The notes beneath the pieces were generated by a model that did no database searches, was not told the origin of the DNA, and saw only the letters and a list, made by a program, of their open reading frames with translations. Positions 1 to 15,452 of a stretch of DNA of 64,000 nucleotides are shown in pieces (positions within the stretch are counted from its first letter, which is position 1; every line of letters starts with the position of its first letter). This DNA is from Chrysomallon squamiferum. Lineage: Eukaryota; Animalia; Mollusca. Where the stretch lies: contig CM022667.1 in the NCBI GenBank assembly GCA_012295275.1, positions 18,972,001 through 19,036,000 on the forward strand. Direction: 5' to 3'. The translations under genes and the position numbers were made by a program.

Positions 1-14
1 AGGAATCGGCGAAA

Positions 15-2697
15 ATGGCCGCGATCGTCGGTAGAACCTCCAGCCAGGCTTTGTTAATTGCAAGATCAGGATTCACGTGTCAAAAAGTAAGATTGTAAAC
101 TTGCCATATTTAAGCATAATGAAATGTTCTTTTAAAAAAGTTTTGTTGTTTTAACTATTAAGCAAGGAGTTGGAAATTATCGAATTATGAACTTGTGCCC
201 TTGAAACGCCGGGTCGACATCTCCTAGGGTCGTGTTAGCTAACATGTATAGATATGTACGTGACATGCTCGTTTCTCTTATAATCAGTGGTGCCAAGCAC
301 ATTTATCAATATAATTATTAAAATATGAACTTCTAAAAGTGTATCTGCGTTTTTATTTTTTAAGTGTTTGTAGAAATTCTTCACTGTCGTTCTATTTTAA
401 TCCCAAAACCATACATACTAACGTCATTAAACACCTTACTATTTATCACATTCTCTCGAGTCACAGATAATTTAATTGTGAATTTTAAGCGAATGAAATT
501 GTCATTTGTACATAACTAATAGAATCAGAAAATTAATGAAAGACAAATTACTCAACAGTTTGTCATTGAAATTTATGTTCCACTTGAAAAGAAAAACAGT
601 TAGAACTTAGTGTTGAGACGTTATTTATTTAATCTTCACCGTTTGTTGGCGAATTATATTAGTTTCATAAGAGCAGTATTGTTTTTCCTATAAAATCATG
701 CCTTACATAAGTAAAAATTTAATATAAAAGACAGATTATCATATATCCTTTAGAATTTGACAGTTAAATTTGTAAACACGCTTAAAAAAAACCATAAAGC
801 AAACATCAAAACAAACAAACAAACAACCATAGAGTTTAAGAAAAATAAGACAGTATATCAGTAATACTTTTAAACAATTTATTTTAAAAATCTGAACAGT
901 TAAATGTAATGGAATAAACAACTGTAAAACATTCTAGCCAAAATAAGTTTGAAAATAGTTTTTGAAAAAACATCTGATGACCATTGCCTGAGTAATTTGC
1001 TTTGTCCTTTAATGAGAATCCATCTGGACTATAATCATGTATTTCTGTGTTTCAAAGCTTGTGTATATTTTTCTGACTATACTAGTTGCAGGTTTTTCTC
1101 TAGTGTTCTTTGATGTAATCATACTTAACAAACATGACAGTTTTTTAAAGGTGTCATTTATTTTTAATTTTAACTTTTCAGGCATCACTTACAACTGCCA
1201 AAAGATTAAGTGCTGGGAAAAAGGTGGTAAGTAAAATATCTTTGCTTCAAAACATAGAGTTCTTTGCACCTATATCATAGTAACATGAATTAAAACATGT
1301 AAAATCATGTTAAGATATTAAGTTCTGTGGTAAACACTGATAGTCTTAATATTTCTTAATGAATATTTTCTGTTTTGTGATGACTTAAGAAAACAAAAAT
1401 TGTAAACAAAGCATTACACTTTCTGATATTTAGTGAAACAATAAATTTACTAGAAGCAGTACTATATACCAATAACTCACATAACATAAAGCCAATGTCC
1501 ACAGTGTAAAACTACATCCATAAAACTTTCCACTTTATTTTTTCACTGATTGGCTAATCATCTGCATTAAATAATGTTAGTAGAATCAGGTTTACAGTAA
1601 CCAAACATTATGACAAGGATCCAGTAAAATATTTTTGTCATTTTAGTAAAAAATAATGTCTTCCAACTGACAGTAGGTTAAGTGTTATAAATTTTGAGTT
1701 CAGTTCTCAATACGTGGTCTTACTGATCAGTTAGATGTTCAGGTACTAGGTAAATGAACCTAGAATTCCAAATTTTGTGCCATAAATATTGGATAAATGA
1801 CGTTTGATTCTGAATTTTGTGCCAGAAATCGTGGCTGAATATGTTTTTAATTATTGTTTTGATTAATAATTTGATCTACTTGTTTATTTAGTATGTTGAA
1901 TTCAGTTCATTGATTTCATAATTTCAGCATAAATTTCATATATTATTATTTATTTGTTTTTTTCTTTAATTTTTTTTTGCAGGCATTAGCATGTGTGGGA
2001 GGGCTGACAGCAGGAGGGGTAGGTTTGGCTGTGGCATTTAATCAGGCTGTTCTGGCAGGAGAACTAGAACTTCATCCACCTCATTTGCCATGGACACACA
2101 GTGGTATTCTTGATGCACTGGACCGTAGCAGGTTGTGAAATATTTTTATTCTTGTATTTTTATCTTTTTCTTTTTCTTTTTATTAAAATTTCTTTTTAAT
2201 TTATGTTATTTTTTTAATTAATTAAGTTCTTTATTTAATTTTTTTAATTTTTAAATTTTTTTTATTTTCATAAATCTTAGGTCAAATTTAAAATACCTTC
2301 CAAAAAACCCCAACAATTAAATAATGATCCCAACATAATTTTAATTGCTAGTGTGAAAAAAATATTAATATATGGGTTGATACAAGAGTAGATACCTATT
2401 TTGCAACTGTTGGAAGGCATACAGGTTTATTAAACAAACATGTTAGGAAAGTATAATCTAAAAGGGAGGCTACTGCTATATAAATATGTTATAAAATATT
2501 TTCCAGTATATAATTCAGCTTAATTTTGGAATTGCCACCACAAATGTTGTTTCATTTTTGAGTACCTTCTGTTAATTTGGGAAAACATTTTTTTGTTATT
2601 TTTTTTAATTAAAGACAATGAAATTTAATTCCTTTACAGAATATATGTAATTGTTTTTGTACATATTTAAATTTTTTATGTTAAATTCAATGGCCTT

Positions 2698-2733
<36 letters not shown>

Positions 2734-5700
2734 AGGCAGGTTTTTTGTTATTATTGTTTATTGTTACATTGTTTGTTTATTTGTTTGCTTTTTGTTTTTG
2801 ATGTTAATAAAACATTGTAACATATATCATGTTCCTGTTTTCTTTTCCCAGTAATAACAAATCTGTGGTTTTGTTTCAGTGTACGTCGAGGGTACCAGGT
2901 TTACAAACAGGTATGTGCAGCATGTCACAGTCTCAAGTACCTCACGTACAGAGAGCTTGTTGGGGAAATCATGACTGAGGATGAAGCCAAAGCAGAAGCA
3001 GCAGAGGTAATTAACCTAGTAACCATGGTTACTTCTAACCTGATATGAAAATTCACTAATTCCAATTATTCAAATTAGTTGTGAACTTTTAAATATTTAT
3101 TTCAGTTCATAATTGCTCAGTGGTCCTGTTCTAACCAGCCAACCAAGAAACTAATATTGCTTGTTACAAGTTGCAGAGTATGAGTTTCTTAAAAATAATT
3201 TGTATGAAGATGAATTTAACACTATAGTTTAATTTTAGATGTGCACGTCAGGTACATTTCAAGAAACTTGTGTTTAGAAGCAATAACTTAGTTAGGGTGA
3301 ATCATTTGTCAAAAATGGTGCTCATGTCCAAACATCATTTCCAGTAAGGTGTGTGGTGTTAGTTATGTTTGTAAGATCTGCAGATTACTGTTATGGCTTA
3401 ATATAAATCTTTTTTGATGGATGTTAGACAGAAGAATGCTTATTACAAATGTTTTTATATTAAAATTAGTGGTTGCTCTAAACCAGGTTTGTAAGTGTTT
3501 ATTTACATCCTTTCACAGAAAAACTCAAGATATTGCTCTGTAACCTACACGGTGATGACAGTTTACATGCATATAGGGTTTGAAGTAATTCATTATTAGT
3601 GTACTAATGGTGTGTGATGTACTCGTTTTCAGATCTTGGTTACGGATGGGCCAGATGAAGAAGGTAAAATGTTTCAGAGACCGGGTAAACTTTTTGACAG
3701 GTTCCCAGAACCATATGCCAATGAGGAAGCTGCTCGTTTTGCCAACAACGGCGCGATACCTCCTGACCTGACACTCATCGTCAATGCTAGACATGGAGGA
3801 GAGGTAGGCAGACAACTGACATTTTCATATTAAAAAGTATTCATCAGTCTCGTAGAATGTATTCAGAAAAAAATAATGTCCTTTTAGAATATAACATTTT
3901 GCCTAAGCATTTAGGATAAGAATAGAAAAGTATTTATGAAAAGTACTTTTAGTTTCACATAATTTCAAGACAGCAGTTTGAGATAAACTTTGGCTTTAAT
4001 AGTTGTCACTTTTGAAACAAAAAGTGTTGATTTATAATTAAATTGCTGCATTGTATGTGTTATTCATTTGATTCATAATGTTATTACAGTTAAGCACTTG
4101 CTCAGAATTTTGAATACAGAACATCCATAACAATCCTTTTTTGATGTCTACACAAAACCAAAAAAAGGTCTTCAATACTCAGATTTATTTGTTTTAAATA
4201 TTACAGCAAATTTTTAAAAATGACAAAAAAACATACATACATTTTTTTTTAACCTTATCTGTTTTCAGGATTACATGTTTGCCCTGTTAACAGGGTATTG
4301 TGATCCCCCTGCAGGGGTTAATATTCGAGAAGAGGTCTACTATAATCCATACTTCCCAGGTGGAGCTATTGGAATGGCACCAGCCCTTTATAACGAAATT
4401 ATAGAATATGATGATGGTAATGTTTTTTTTGTTTTTTTTAATGTTTAACAATGAATATTTCTACTGCAAATGACAGCAGTGTTACTTGCTATCAAAAATA
4501 TTTCCATTTGTGTTACTGCATGAGAAGAACCTTTTGAAATGATGACAATCTCATTTTCACTTCCAATTCTGTCTCATATTTTAAACTTTTTATTATAAAG
4601 TTACGAATGTTGTAATAGTGTTAATTTGTGCATCAAATCAGTATGTTTACCTTTAAAAGAGTTCAGACTGAAATCTGGGTTATTTCAGACATAGAAGTCT
4701 GTTTTTAATAAGTGAAAAAAAGAAGTTCATGGAAATTGCAGTATCTTATGCTGTAAAATTTCAAACACTGTCAGGGTTTTCTCATGCAGCCTAGAATGAT
4801 AATAGTTTTAAGCGTATTAATTACTACCGTTTCTCTCCTGAATAAAATAATTCTATTACAGACTATTTATTTTTGTTTTATTATTATTTTTTTTTGTTTT
4901 TGTTACTTAAATAAAATAATAGTATTGTTTTAGATTGTAGTTAAAATAATTTTAGAATGTGCATGTGATACCTTGCAATTTGTGTTTTATTAAAATAATG
5001 TTGATGGAAATGCTCTTGTGTCAACACAATATTTGTCAGACAAAATATTTTGTTCATTTAGAGAGAGAAAAATTTTAATCTATAAAATATTTGTTTATAA
5101 TGAACTGTATCTGAAACTAATAATAAATAATGACACAAGTATATATAATAAAAAAATATAATTATTACACTGATAGCTCATGCCTGTACATGTATATATT
5201 TATGTATAATTAAGTAATTTATTTCTGTTTCCAGGGACACCTGCTACTCGGAGTCAGCTGGCTAAAGACGTCAGTACTTTCCTAAGATGGGTTGCAGAAC
5301 CCGAGCATGACACGAGGAAGAAAATGGGACTGAAGGTAATCAATGCTTATTTAAGCAAATAGTTGTTTTATTCAAACATTATAAACTATATTGATGGTGA
5401 TACTGATTTCCTACACATTAACGAACAACTGCTTATAATACTTGTTTGTTTGGGGGGTTTTTCACCAAAAATCATGTGGGGGAGGGGATAAGATAAATCA
5501 GATTTATTTCCTTACTTTATAAAATCATTATCAGCAGGAATCAGTTTGTAGTATGTAAAAATATTAGAATAATTGGTGTTTTTTTGGATTTAAATATCTA
5601 TGGCCACAAAATTATTAATATATAAATAAATAAATCCTGTGCACAAGATATTTTTTTTTTTTTTTTCCTTTGACTATTGATCCTTTCAAAAACAGTTTTT

Positions 5701-5976
5701 TGTCATACCAAAATTTGTTTTTAATAGTTTCTGTTTGTGTTTTTATTTAATTTGTTTTTGTTCATATTTTCATTTTTTTTCTTCTGAAAAATGTTTGGTA
5801 TTTATCTTCTTATTTCTTTATCTCTTGTTTTTCTTTAATCAGATTATATACAACACCTGCTTACTTTTATCTTTCAGGCGATGGTTATTTTGGCAGTTTT
5901 CTTTGCCGCTGGCTACTACATAAAACGTCACAAGTGGATTCTCATCAAATCCAGGAGATTTTCATACAAGCGGTGA
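15..5976 (+). CDS. CYC1: Cytochrome c1, heme protein, mitochondrial (complex III); 8 coding exons, ~303 aa
   Basis: Exons 15-86, 1182-1226, 1983-2131, 2880-3006, 3633-3803, 4269-4416, 5235-5335, 5878-5976. All introns are GT-AG and phases match (912 nt). Translation has the heme motif [53 protein letters not shown], a C-terminal TM helix followed by KRHKW, and an N-terminal mitochondrial presequence. Confidence 0.97.
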
Positions 5977-6521
5977 AACTGAAGGATTTTACATTAGGAG
6001 AAAGCTTTTCTTAAATCTGACTGTTTTAAATACAGTAATAAACAGTAGCATTGACACAATGCCAGTCTTACTAGAAGATTTAATGTTTGTGAAAATTAAA
6101 ACAGTGTAATTTGTGAAAGAATTGTAGTATTTTTATACTTTGACTGTATTCTTCTTTTGGGGTATTTTGGGGTTATTTGTTTCCAGGGGATTTTCTCTTT
6201 TTTTTTTTTTTTTTTTATATATTTTAATTTTCAAATGTACATTATCAGGATATATTTAACAAGTGACTTAAAAAAGAAAAGATATTATTTTTCATTTTGT
6301 TGATCTGAGGTCTGACTTGCTGGCTCTTACATTTTTTTTCTGAACAAGTCTCCCTCTAACAGTACTGACAGACATACAGACAGATGGACATTTTGTATAA
6401 TATTCACATTTAGATCATGACTAAATTTGTTATTAGTATGAAAGTGTAGGTAAATGTTTTAGAAGTAAAGTTGAAGTTTTCTGTAATCTGACTGTTTATG
6501 CTATATGTATAAGTTTTAAAT

Positions 6522-6566
<45 letters not shown>

Positions 6567-8438
6567 TTAGAACCACGTCAGATTACAGCAAACTTAACTT
6601 TGCTAATAAAAGTTTTCAGATAAAAATTTATTTTTAATACATATAACTTTGCAACATGCAATATTTTTGGTGTCGTATTTATTAGTACATCTTTAAGGCT
6701 TTATTCTTTGATATTGAAGAAAATTATTTGGTAGTTAACAATTGATAATATAAAATCAGAATTTATATACATGATCAGGTAGGAATTGTTATTTGTACAA
6801 GTTTTAAAATCATACTGCAAACCTGCTGTACAGTTAATCTATCACTTGACTTTTGACTCAGTGTTTTATTGTTATACCTCTTACTAACATTATTTTATTA
6901 TTAATTTATGAACATTTTTATTCTGTCTAGTTGGACTGGCATCATTGTGCCATGCTTTTTTCATGATTAATTTCGGACCAAGTCAGAACAACTCTGTAAA
7001 TTTTTTGACTGTTCTGTTCTTGGCTAACAGATTAAAAAGGAAAAAAAGTTGTGTGATAAATAAAATAAGTATAATAGTGAATCAGAAATAAAGGTTTGAT
7101 CGAGACTGAAACCAGCTATTTTTTATTTTATTTTTTTCATTATTCCAAAAATACTGAAGTGATAATACTATTTGTATTCGTAAGTTTTCTTCCTAGCTTT
7201 TTATAATTTGCCAAATGATATGCACTTTTTATTTTTATTTATTAAACAAAATTTTTTTTATGGAAAATATAAAAGAAAGAAAAAAGGTAAGATTCTTTTT
7301 CTCATATGATGTGCTGTGCTGAGGTGATTTGAACCTGATTTTGCTTGTATCATGTTTTACATGGATCGTAAGAAAGAAAAATATTCCAGACAAACCAATT
7401 GTTATGTTTTTATTTTTTATTTTTATACATATCAATAGTTCAGTTTATCTATATAAAATAGCAGGAATCCAGTTTGTTTAATAAATAAACCTAAAATTTT
7501 ATATAAACTTTTTTCATAAATATACATAACAAACACATTTGTTGATTAATATTTTATTCTTTCTGATATTTTCTTACACTTAACATTGAAAATGATTTTG
7601 CTTGCATCATGCATCATAAAAAATACATCATATTGTAAAGGTTTAAATGTATAACAAATTTAAAGAGGATTATATATGATAAAAAAAAAGAAGGAAAAAC
7701 CCTCAATAAAATAAAATAAGAGTTTTAAGCAGTTTACTAGTAAACTTGTAAGAATACGTATGTTATTGTTCCTTATCCAGTTTCATGAATCTTGCACAGA
7801 TATTCCATGGATTTGTCTACACTTGGATTATTTTTGACAGAGAATAATTCATGATGCTAGTAATGATATTTTTTCTTTTTTTCTTTTAGTTTTGTGAATT
7901 TTTTTTTTTTAGTTTTTGCTTGCATATTAATAATAATACTTAAATTGCCATCTACAACATAATTACTGTTAAAATAATAAGTTATATGAATACAAATTCT
8001 TTAAATCTGACTTTACAATCAGTATTAATCTTCTTTTTTTTTTTAATATTATTATTATTATTAAATATAATATGTATTTTCAGATAAAACAGTAGATAAC
8101 CTGCATCACATGCAAAACATCAAAGTAAATATTCAAATTTAAAAGTTATTGTAATTTAAAAATAAAAAATGTATAACAAATAATATAAGTAACTTGATTT
8201 CTTCTTTTTCTTTTTCTTTTTTTTTTTTTAAATCAGAAGAAAAGTTTATGAAAATATGCAATTATTCAGCGCATTAAACTGAAATGCAGGCCAAAAGCAA
8301 ACTAATGTTGAAGTGAAACTGGAACCGATTAAAACACGCAACAGAGAGATCACAAGTTACCTCCCCTGAAATCGCATCAATTTTCTTGAACACAAAATAT
8401 AATTAGTTTTTAACATCAAGATTTCAAAAAAAAAACAA

Positions 8439-8483
<45 letters not shown>

Positions 8484-9223
8484 TAAATAAAAATAAAAAG
8501 ATTATTAATACCTTTAACTATTCATTCTATTATTTTGAAGTTAAGTGTCTTAACATACGTTGGTGCTTCGTATTTTCCTCCACAACGCATTCCCATCCAC
8601 CTGCTTAGTGAGAATGTAAATGGATGTCGAAGTTAATTTCTTAGCACTGAGTGATTGTCGTTTAACACGTCTCGCGTTTTCGCTGTAGTAACATCAGAAT
8701 AATCACCGTATTCGTGGGAAAGCGCAGAAATTGTTCCTTTTTAGAAATACTTGATCGCGAAAAGATAATATTGAGTTCAAAAATTTGTTTTCTAAGGTTC
8801 AGATACCAAATTTTGTTCGATTTAAACCATCGTTTTGAAAGGAAATCCATGCACTTTCAGATGAGACTACCAGTGGCGTGCAGAGGGAGAAACTGAAGGT
8901 CGGTGGACCCGGGCATCCAATCAGAGAAAAGAACAATAAATTTGGTCGATTTATATTTAAATCGAATAAAATGTTTGATCTGTGTTTACATATTCAAAAT
9001 ATCTTCCTTTCTCATAATATTTCTCAGTACCAGGCCTTATACTTGAGTCTTTGGGACATAACCAGACTTCTGCACGTCACTGGAGACTACGTGGGCAAAT
9101 GGAGAAACTGCAGTGGAGCCTAAATGAAACCATGTATATTTTCTGCCGCATTTAAAGGCACGACGCGCTGTGTGAAATGCTACGATTGAAATTTTAATAA
9201 AATAATAATATAATAATAATAAA

Positions 9224-9275
<52 letters not shown>

Positions 9276-9717
9276 TAATTAATTAATTAATTAATTAACA
9301 AAACAAAAAAATCGCACACTTTCATCAAAACAAACAATTAATTGGAAAGAGGAAATCATGTTTTTTCATTGTTATACATAAAGCATGATCTCTGAACGAA
9401 AGAGTATTTGTACTACATCTGGAAAAGATAGTATTTTTCAACTCATCTTCACGGGCAGCTGCGCAGTGCAGATGTCAGAACCTATTAATATTCATTGTAA
9501 AATTAAATTCAAATAATAATTTCGAATTTGTGTTGATATTTGATATTGTTAATTTTAATATTTTTATTTTTATTTATTAATTTATTATTTTAATAGTCAT
9601 TAAATAGTTGTTAAATCCTGTTTCTTAATTAATATAGATGAAAAAAACAACAACACACCACATATTTTTTATTTTAATTGTTTCTGTTTCTGTTTTGTAT
9701 ATTTTTCTTTAGCTAAT

Positions 9718-9847
<130 letters not shown>

Positions 9848-10550
9848 CTCCATGACAACACAGACGGAAATGTATTTTGATTGGTTTAAAACAATGACGT
9901 AAAATATGAATTAAACGGCGCATAGCCCGCCAAACTATGTTAAACGTGTCTTTAGTAATTATAAAATAAGCTCGCCATTTGAATAACAAGTAAAGATGGG
10001 AAAATAAAATTATGGTGAATCCATGAAAAAAAGAAAAAAGAAAAGGATTATATTTTAATTGGTAATAAAAAGGACGATTTTATTTAATTGTTTTGAAAAG
10101 CAATGTAACCATTAGCTATTAATATAATAAAAAAGATTTGGTGAACCAACCTCAGTGATACTAATTACAGTTTGCCACAATATCAAAAAAGAATTTCAAA
10201 GATTCTGTATTTTATTGAAAACAATAAACCTTTCAGCTAAAAGAAGAAGATACATGACGTCAGAAAATTCACCTTTGTTTACATTAAAATATTTATAATA
10301 ATAATGAAGTAGAGCTAACCGAAGAACATGACATCTTTAAGCATATTTCAATAAACACATTTTGAATGTAAACATGAAATTTATTAAGTGTGCTTTATAA
10401 AATCATTGATTAATACGAAAATATCCACACTTAATTATACTTTACTTGCCACAAGAAACAGTGTGTAGGTATGTGACTTCCATAAATAAAAATAGAAATT
10501 ACATAATTATTTTAAAGTAAATAGCTTAGAGATTAATATTCAAATTTAAC

Positions 10551-10594
<44 letters not shown>

Positions 10595-10598
<4 letters not shown>

Positions 10599-10790
10599 TC
10601 TTTTTAACGATGTGCTCAGAACCTTTTTTTTATTTGTGGTTAGATGGCGTTGTGTATTTCGTTAAAGTCACTACACCCACTGAGGAAGAAACCCGCAATG
10701 GTCACGTGACAAGTTATCGTATTTTCGATTATAGCGAAGAAGACTTTATATATTCTGTCACATAAATAGGCAAACATATACCACAAATGT
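10595..10790 (+). mobile_element. Degenerate SINE-like interspersed repeat fragment
   Basis: TTTAACGATG..GGTTAGATGGCGT..GAGGAAGAAACCCGC..TTTTCGATTATAGCG..ACATATACCAC resembles an abundant gastropod repeat as I recall it; related cores occur elsewhere in the window. Confidence 0.5.
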
Positions 10791-11235
10791 TAGTCGTTGA
10801 GCTATAAACTACGATATGCCTGTTATGACTGTTTGTGTGTATGTATTTTTCTTTCTTTAGAAGGACAAAACATACAGACATCCATCGTTGATGTTGTGAC
10901 ATGATTAATGAGACAAACAGTCATTTCCTCATCTCCAACATAGCTTTAATTACGTCGACACTGAAAAACAGCTGGTTTGTTCTCAGAGTATGTCAACAGT
11001 TATGTAGTCAGTTAAGAACTACTGTTTGTTTTGTTTGTTTGTATTTTGTTTCCAAAATTCAGATAAATAAGAAAGTAGATCAATAATCAATTGAGGAACA
11101 ATGAAATGGACGAGTTATCGGACTTACATCTAAGTTCATGTAAAACTTTGAAGATTATAATACGATAAGCTTTATAATAAATCAATATTTCATAATGAAA
11201 TTAATTTTGAAATAATTATCATCAGCATCATCGTG

Positions 11236-11279
<44 letters not shown>

Positions 11280-11583
11280 CATCATCATCGTCATCAAATG
11301 AAACTTTTTATTCTGCAATTTACCAAACTTTTTGATATTTAAAATTCTTATCAGGACGATCTAAACATCGACAATAAAAAAAAAAAAAAAAATAAAAAAA
11401 AAAAAAAAAAGAAAGAAAACAAACGCAGTGAACTACATTTAACAATACATATTCCAAATATTTGCTTTTAATTATCTGCACGTGCTGTTATTACAGTCAT
11501 TAATCAACCTGTGTGGTTAGTTTATTTTCAGAAACTGAATATATTTTAATACAACACATCACAAGAAGTGCACCAGAAAATTT

Positions 11584-12055
11584 ATGGCTTGTTATACGTC
11601 TTTACTCTTTGTCTGCGTAATTATGCTCTGCAGCTCTGGAAGTTTTCAGGACAGAACGTTCCGTGCGAGTATTACGTTCCGGGACAGGCGTCTTTTGTCC
11701 GGAATTATAATATCCGTTAAAACTTCGACTTTGATTCAGTGTGTTAGATTGTGTACCCTGTATCCCGAATGCAAATCTTTTAATTTAGGTCCGGGTAGGA
11801 CGTGTGAATTGCTGGATACTTTCTACTGTGAATCTCCATACGCCATCCTCGAACAAGATGGATACGTTTACTTTGACGTTGATGAAGATGTGGCTGATGG
11901 GGTAAGACTTTTTATTATTGGTCTTATGGAGAAACGCTTGGAGGCACAAATATAGAGAAGGCTTAAATATTAAAATTCGAAGTTTTATTATGTTTCAGAA
12001 TGCATTAGGTTATTTGTCTACATATTTTATTTATGTGTGCATGGTGTGTTAATTT

Positions 12056-12145
<90 letters not shown>

Positions 12146-13420
12146 CGAATTCGTATTTTCCTCCTCTAATTAAAAAACAAATGACTATTTGTGTTTCTTT
12201 TTAGGCAATACAAGAGGTATTATCATCTGCTGCATGTACTCAGGATCACAGATGTTCTGTAAAATGTGGTATGTTTATTAGTAATAACATATAACTGATT
12301 ATCACATATATAATTATTTTATTTATATGCTCGTTTGTTTATTTACATAATAAATGTAATAATGATATAATCATGCAATTATAATAATAATAATTTCTGA
12401 AAAAAAGGAAAATTCGTCATATTTAGTTTTACATTTTATAAATTATAATAGAATGTACCTGAATTTCTTCAACTAGTACCAGTAACTAAGTATTCATTCT
12501 TCTTATCATCATAATAATTAATAATATTATTATTAACAGCCTCGCTAACTCAGAATATCGGACGACTGTGTGACAATGATTCCGACTGTAATCCAGAAGC
12601 AGAATGTAGAGATGGACTGTGTCTCTGTCCTATCGGCTTCGCCTACGAACGTACAACCGATTCGTGCGTTTCCGGTAAGGCTCGTATTTTATCGAATACA
12701 GTTTATTAAATATTTGTGTATTCATAGCCGTTACAACATTGATGCCAATGAGGATTTTTTATTTATTTATTCATTTATTTATTTTTGTACAAAGATTAAA
12801 AACAACACAAAATACAAATCTTTATTCCGATAGAAACGATATCCACTGAATGAATTCGTTTATGTTTACGGTTACCGTCTGATTCTACCGACATTGTTGC
12901 GATGAAAGACTTATTTCAAAGACATCAGTTTTTGCCTCATTTCAAAAAACGAGGCTTGTTACGGCCATGTTTTTCTGTTTTGATAAAAAATTTTTACACC
13001 CCAGCACAATTATATTATTAACTTTCTAGAACAATTGTGCAAGGAACTTTTAACTGAATTTTAAAACTGAAATTATGTGTAATTTCACATGAATGACTGC
13101 ACTTCTAAAAAAATTCTTTTTATTATTATTTCCACACACTAGCTCTGTTTCAATATTCTTTTTCAGACTGTGATACCTACGGTAATTCGTTTTCTTACAA
13201 AACCAATTGGTCATTGGCGGGATTCAATGACTTTATATATGAAGATGTTGAAGCACTGTCTCTTTGCTTGGAATACTGTCAGAAAATAGACACATGTCGC
13301 AGTGTGGAGTACAGCCAGACGGACAGATTGTGTTACGGCAGTCTCAGCACGTGCCACGACCAACCATCAATGTGCGGCAGAAATCCCTATTTCACACACT
13401 ATACCAGAAACTGCGCTTGA
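11584..13420 (+). CDS. Uncharacterised secreted Cys-rich protein: signal peptide - PAN/Apple - EGF/EB-like - PAN/Apple; 4 coding exons, ~256 aa
   Basis: Exons 11584-11901, 12205-12268, 12540-12674, 13167-13420 (GT-AG, phases 0/1/1, 771 nt). Hydrophobic N-terminus. PAN-type cores CVRLCTLYPECKSFN..CELL and CLEYCQKIDTCRSVEY..C. EB/EGF-like segment CDNDSDCNPEAECRDGLCLCPIGF..C. An acceptor at ~11530 suggests an upstream UTR exon. Confidence 0.8.
12059..12142. repeat. (CT)n microsatellite
   Basis: Direct reading; lies in intron 1 of the PAN gene. Confidence 0.97.
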
Positions 13421-13610
13421 GCTAGGGCATTTCTTGTTTCAATATTATTAGTATTAGTATTATTATTAGTATTAGTATTTTAAGATAAACATTCTGCTGA
13501 TGGAATCCAGTTCATTCCAGAATGACAGAGCGGTCTTTGAAACGTATAATCATAAGATGATATTTAAATAAAATTAATATCAATTGATTGACTGATAGAT
13601 TTATTATATA

Positions 13611-13663
<53 letters not shown>

Positions 13664-14498
13664 TGTTTCTCCAAAGACTTCTCGAAACATCTGGTTTAGT
13701 ACTTCCGGTTTGCTGTCTTCAACGATGGGGAAGTAAATTTATTCTTACGGCAGTGACCAGTGTGTGTGATTAAAATTAAATTAAAGAATGTAGTTTATTG
13801 TTTATTTTATTTTTTTGTGAAATGATGATGCTGTTCTCAAACAAACTGGCCAACTCAGAAGAATGTTAGAAAGTCATTTATTTATACACAAACAATATAT
13901 AATACAGGCATGCACCATATTCTTTGTCATAACTCAATACTGAACAATAGGATTTTTAAAGAAACCATTTTTTTTCATTTTGATATAAAAAAAAAAAAAA
14001 ATTAAAACATGATTAATTTCAAATTCTGTACAATTATTCTCCATGTTTGGAAATACATATACTTCAATATGTTGTAATTGCTGTTCTGCTAAATAAAACA
14101 GGTTAAAAGTAATTTAAAATAAGTACTTGCAAACAGGATTTTGATTGATGGTTTTAATTGTATAAAAAAAATAATAATAATAATCCATATAATATACATA
14201 TTTTTTACACTGATGTGCAAGATGTTTGAAACAGCATGTTATTTTATTAGTTAATCTTCTTTGAAATGAATATACACTTTCTGGTCAGATTAAACTGGAA
14301 AATGTATCTCAGTGTGGCATGTTAGTGGTCTCTGTGTGTTCAAATTATAAGCAGTTTCCCTTTTTTCTAATAACTGGAGTTTGTAACAATAAAAAACAAG
14401 AAGAAACAAAACTGTCAATACTAACAATAACAATATAGTACATGATATTCATAACATACTTATAAATGTATAAAATAAAAACATGTTACTGAAGATAA

Positions 14499-14624
<126 letters not shown>

Positions 14625-15409
14625 AATAAACAAACAAAATAAAAAGTAAAAAAACAACTAAAAAATGAAGAACTGGAAATTTCAAATTAACCTGATTATC
14701 CCAATATGTAAAATAAAAATGATAAATAAATAAATAAATAAATAAATAATAAAAGAATGAAAGAAAATAAAGTTTAAACAATTAAATAAAAAATAAAATA
14801 TAACAAAAAGCACCAACACACCACTATATTGTAGCACCATACCAAAAATCTCCAAAGTAACAATTAAAACGTTAATACAAAGCACTTTGTGTGAAATCAT
14901 GTCACTGTATAAACAGTAATAATATGCATCTAAGCAATTTATACCTCAATTAATTAAAAAAATTATCAAAATAAGGTACTGGATAAGATCTTGGTCTGCA
15001 ATCTGATACTGTATTAAATTAAAAACAAATGTTACATACAAGTGTGTTAGATCAAAATTCATCTCTCTCTGGATTTTTGTCTGACACTTATAATGACTAG
15101 AAACACGACAGACAAAGTTTAGTTTTCAAGTCATAGTCTATATGTGTATGTTTTGTGAGTGTTACTTTATTTTATTTTAAAAGACTGATATTAATGACTG
15201 TTGATTAATAGCATATTAAATGTCTTTCAGAACAAAAATATCTCTGTAATTCTTGGTAGCAATTTTCCAACAAAAACCCAGATGCCCAAATTATATTGAT
15301 TAGCACAATATTAATCAAAATAAAATGTTAAAAAAAATTCATAAAAATGAGCAAATGTTTTATAAATTACAACGTAGAATTTATACAGCAAATCATTTCT
15401 TATGCACCC

Positions 15410-15452
<43 letters not shown>

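Noticed and set aside
1377-1426. Possible intronic C/D snoRNA in CYC1 intron 2 (GTGATGA...CTGA)
   Set aside because: Only ~50 nt, with no terminal stem or recognisable rRNA guide.
6526-6564. Poly(A) tract after CYC1 suggesting a retrocopy or retro-insertion
   Set aside because: CYC1 is intron-containing, no TSD or element body is visible, and similar A-runs are common in this window.
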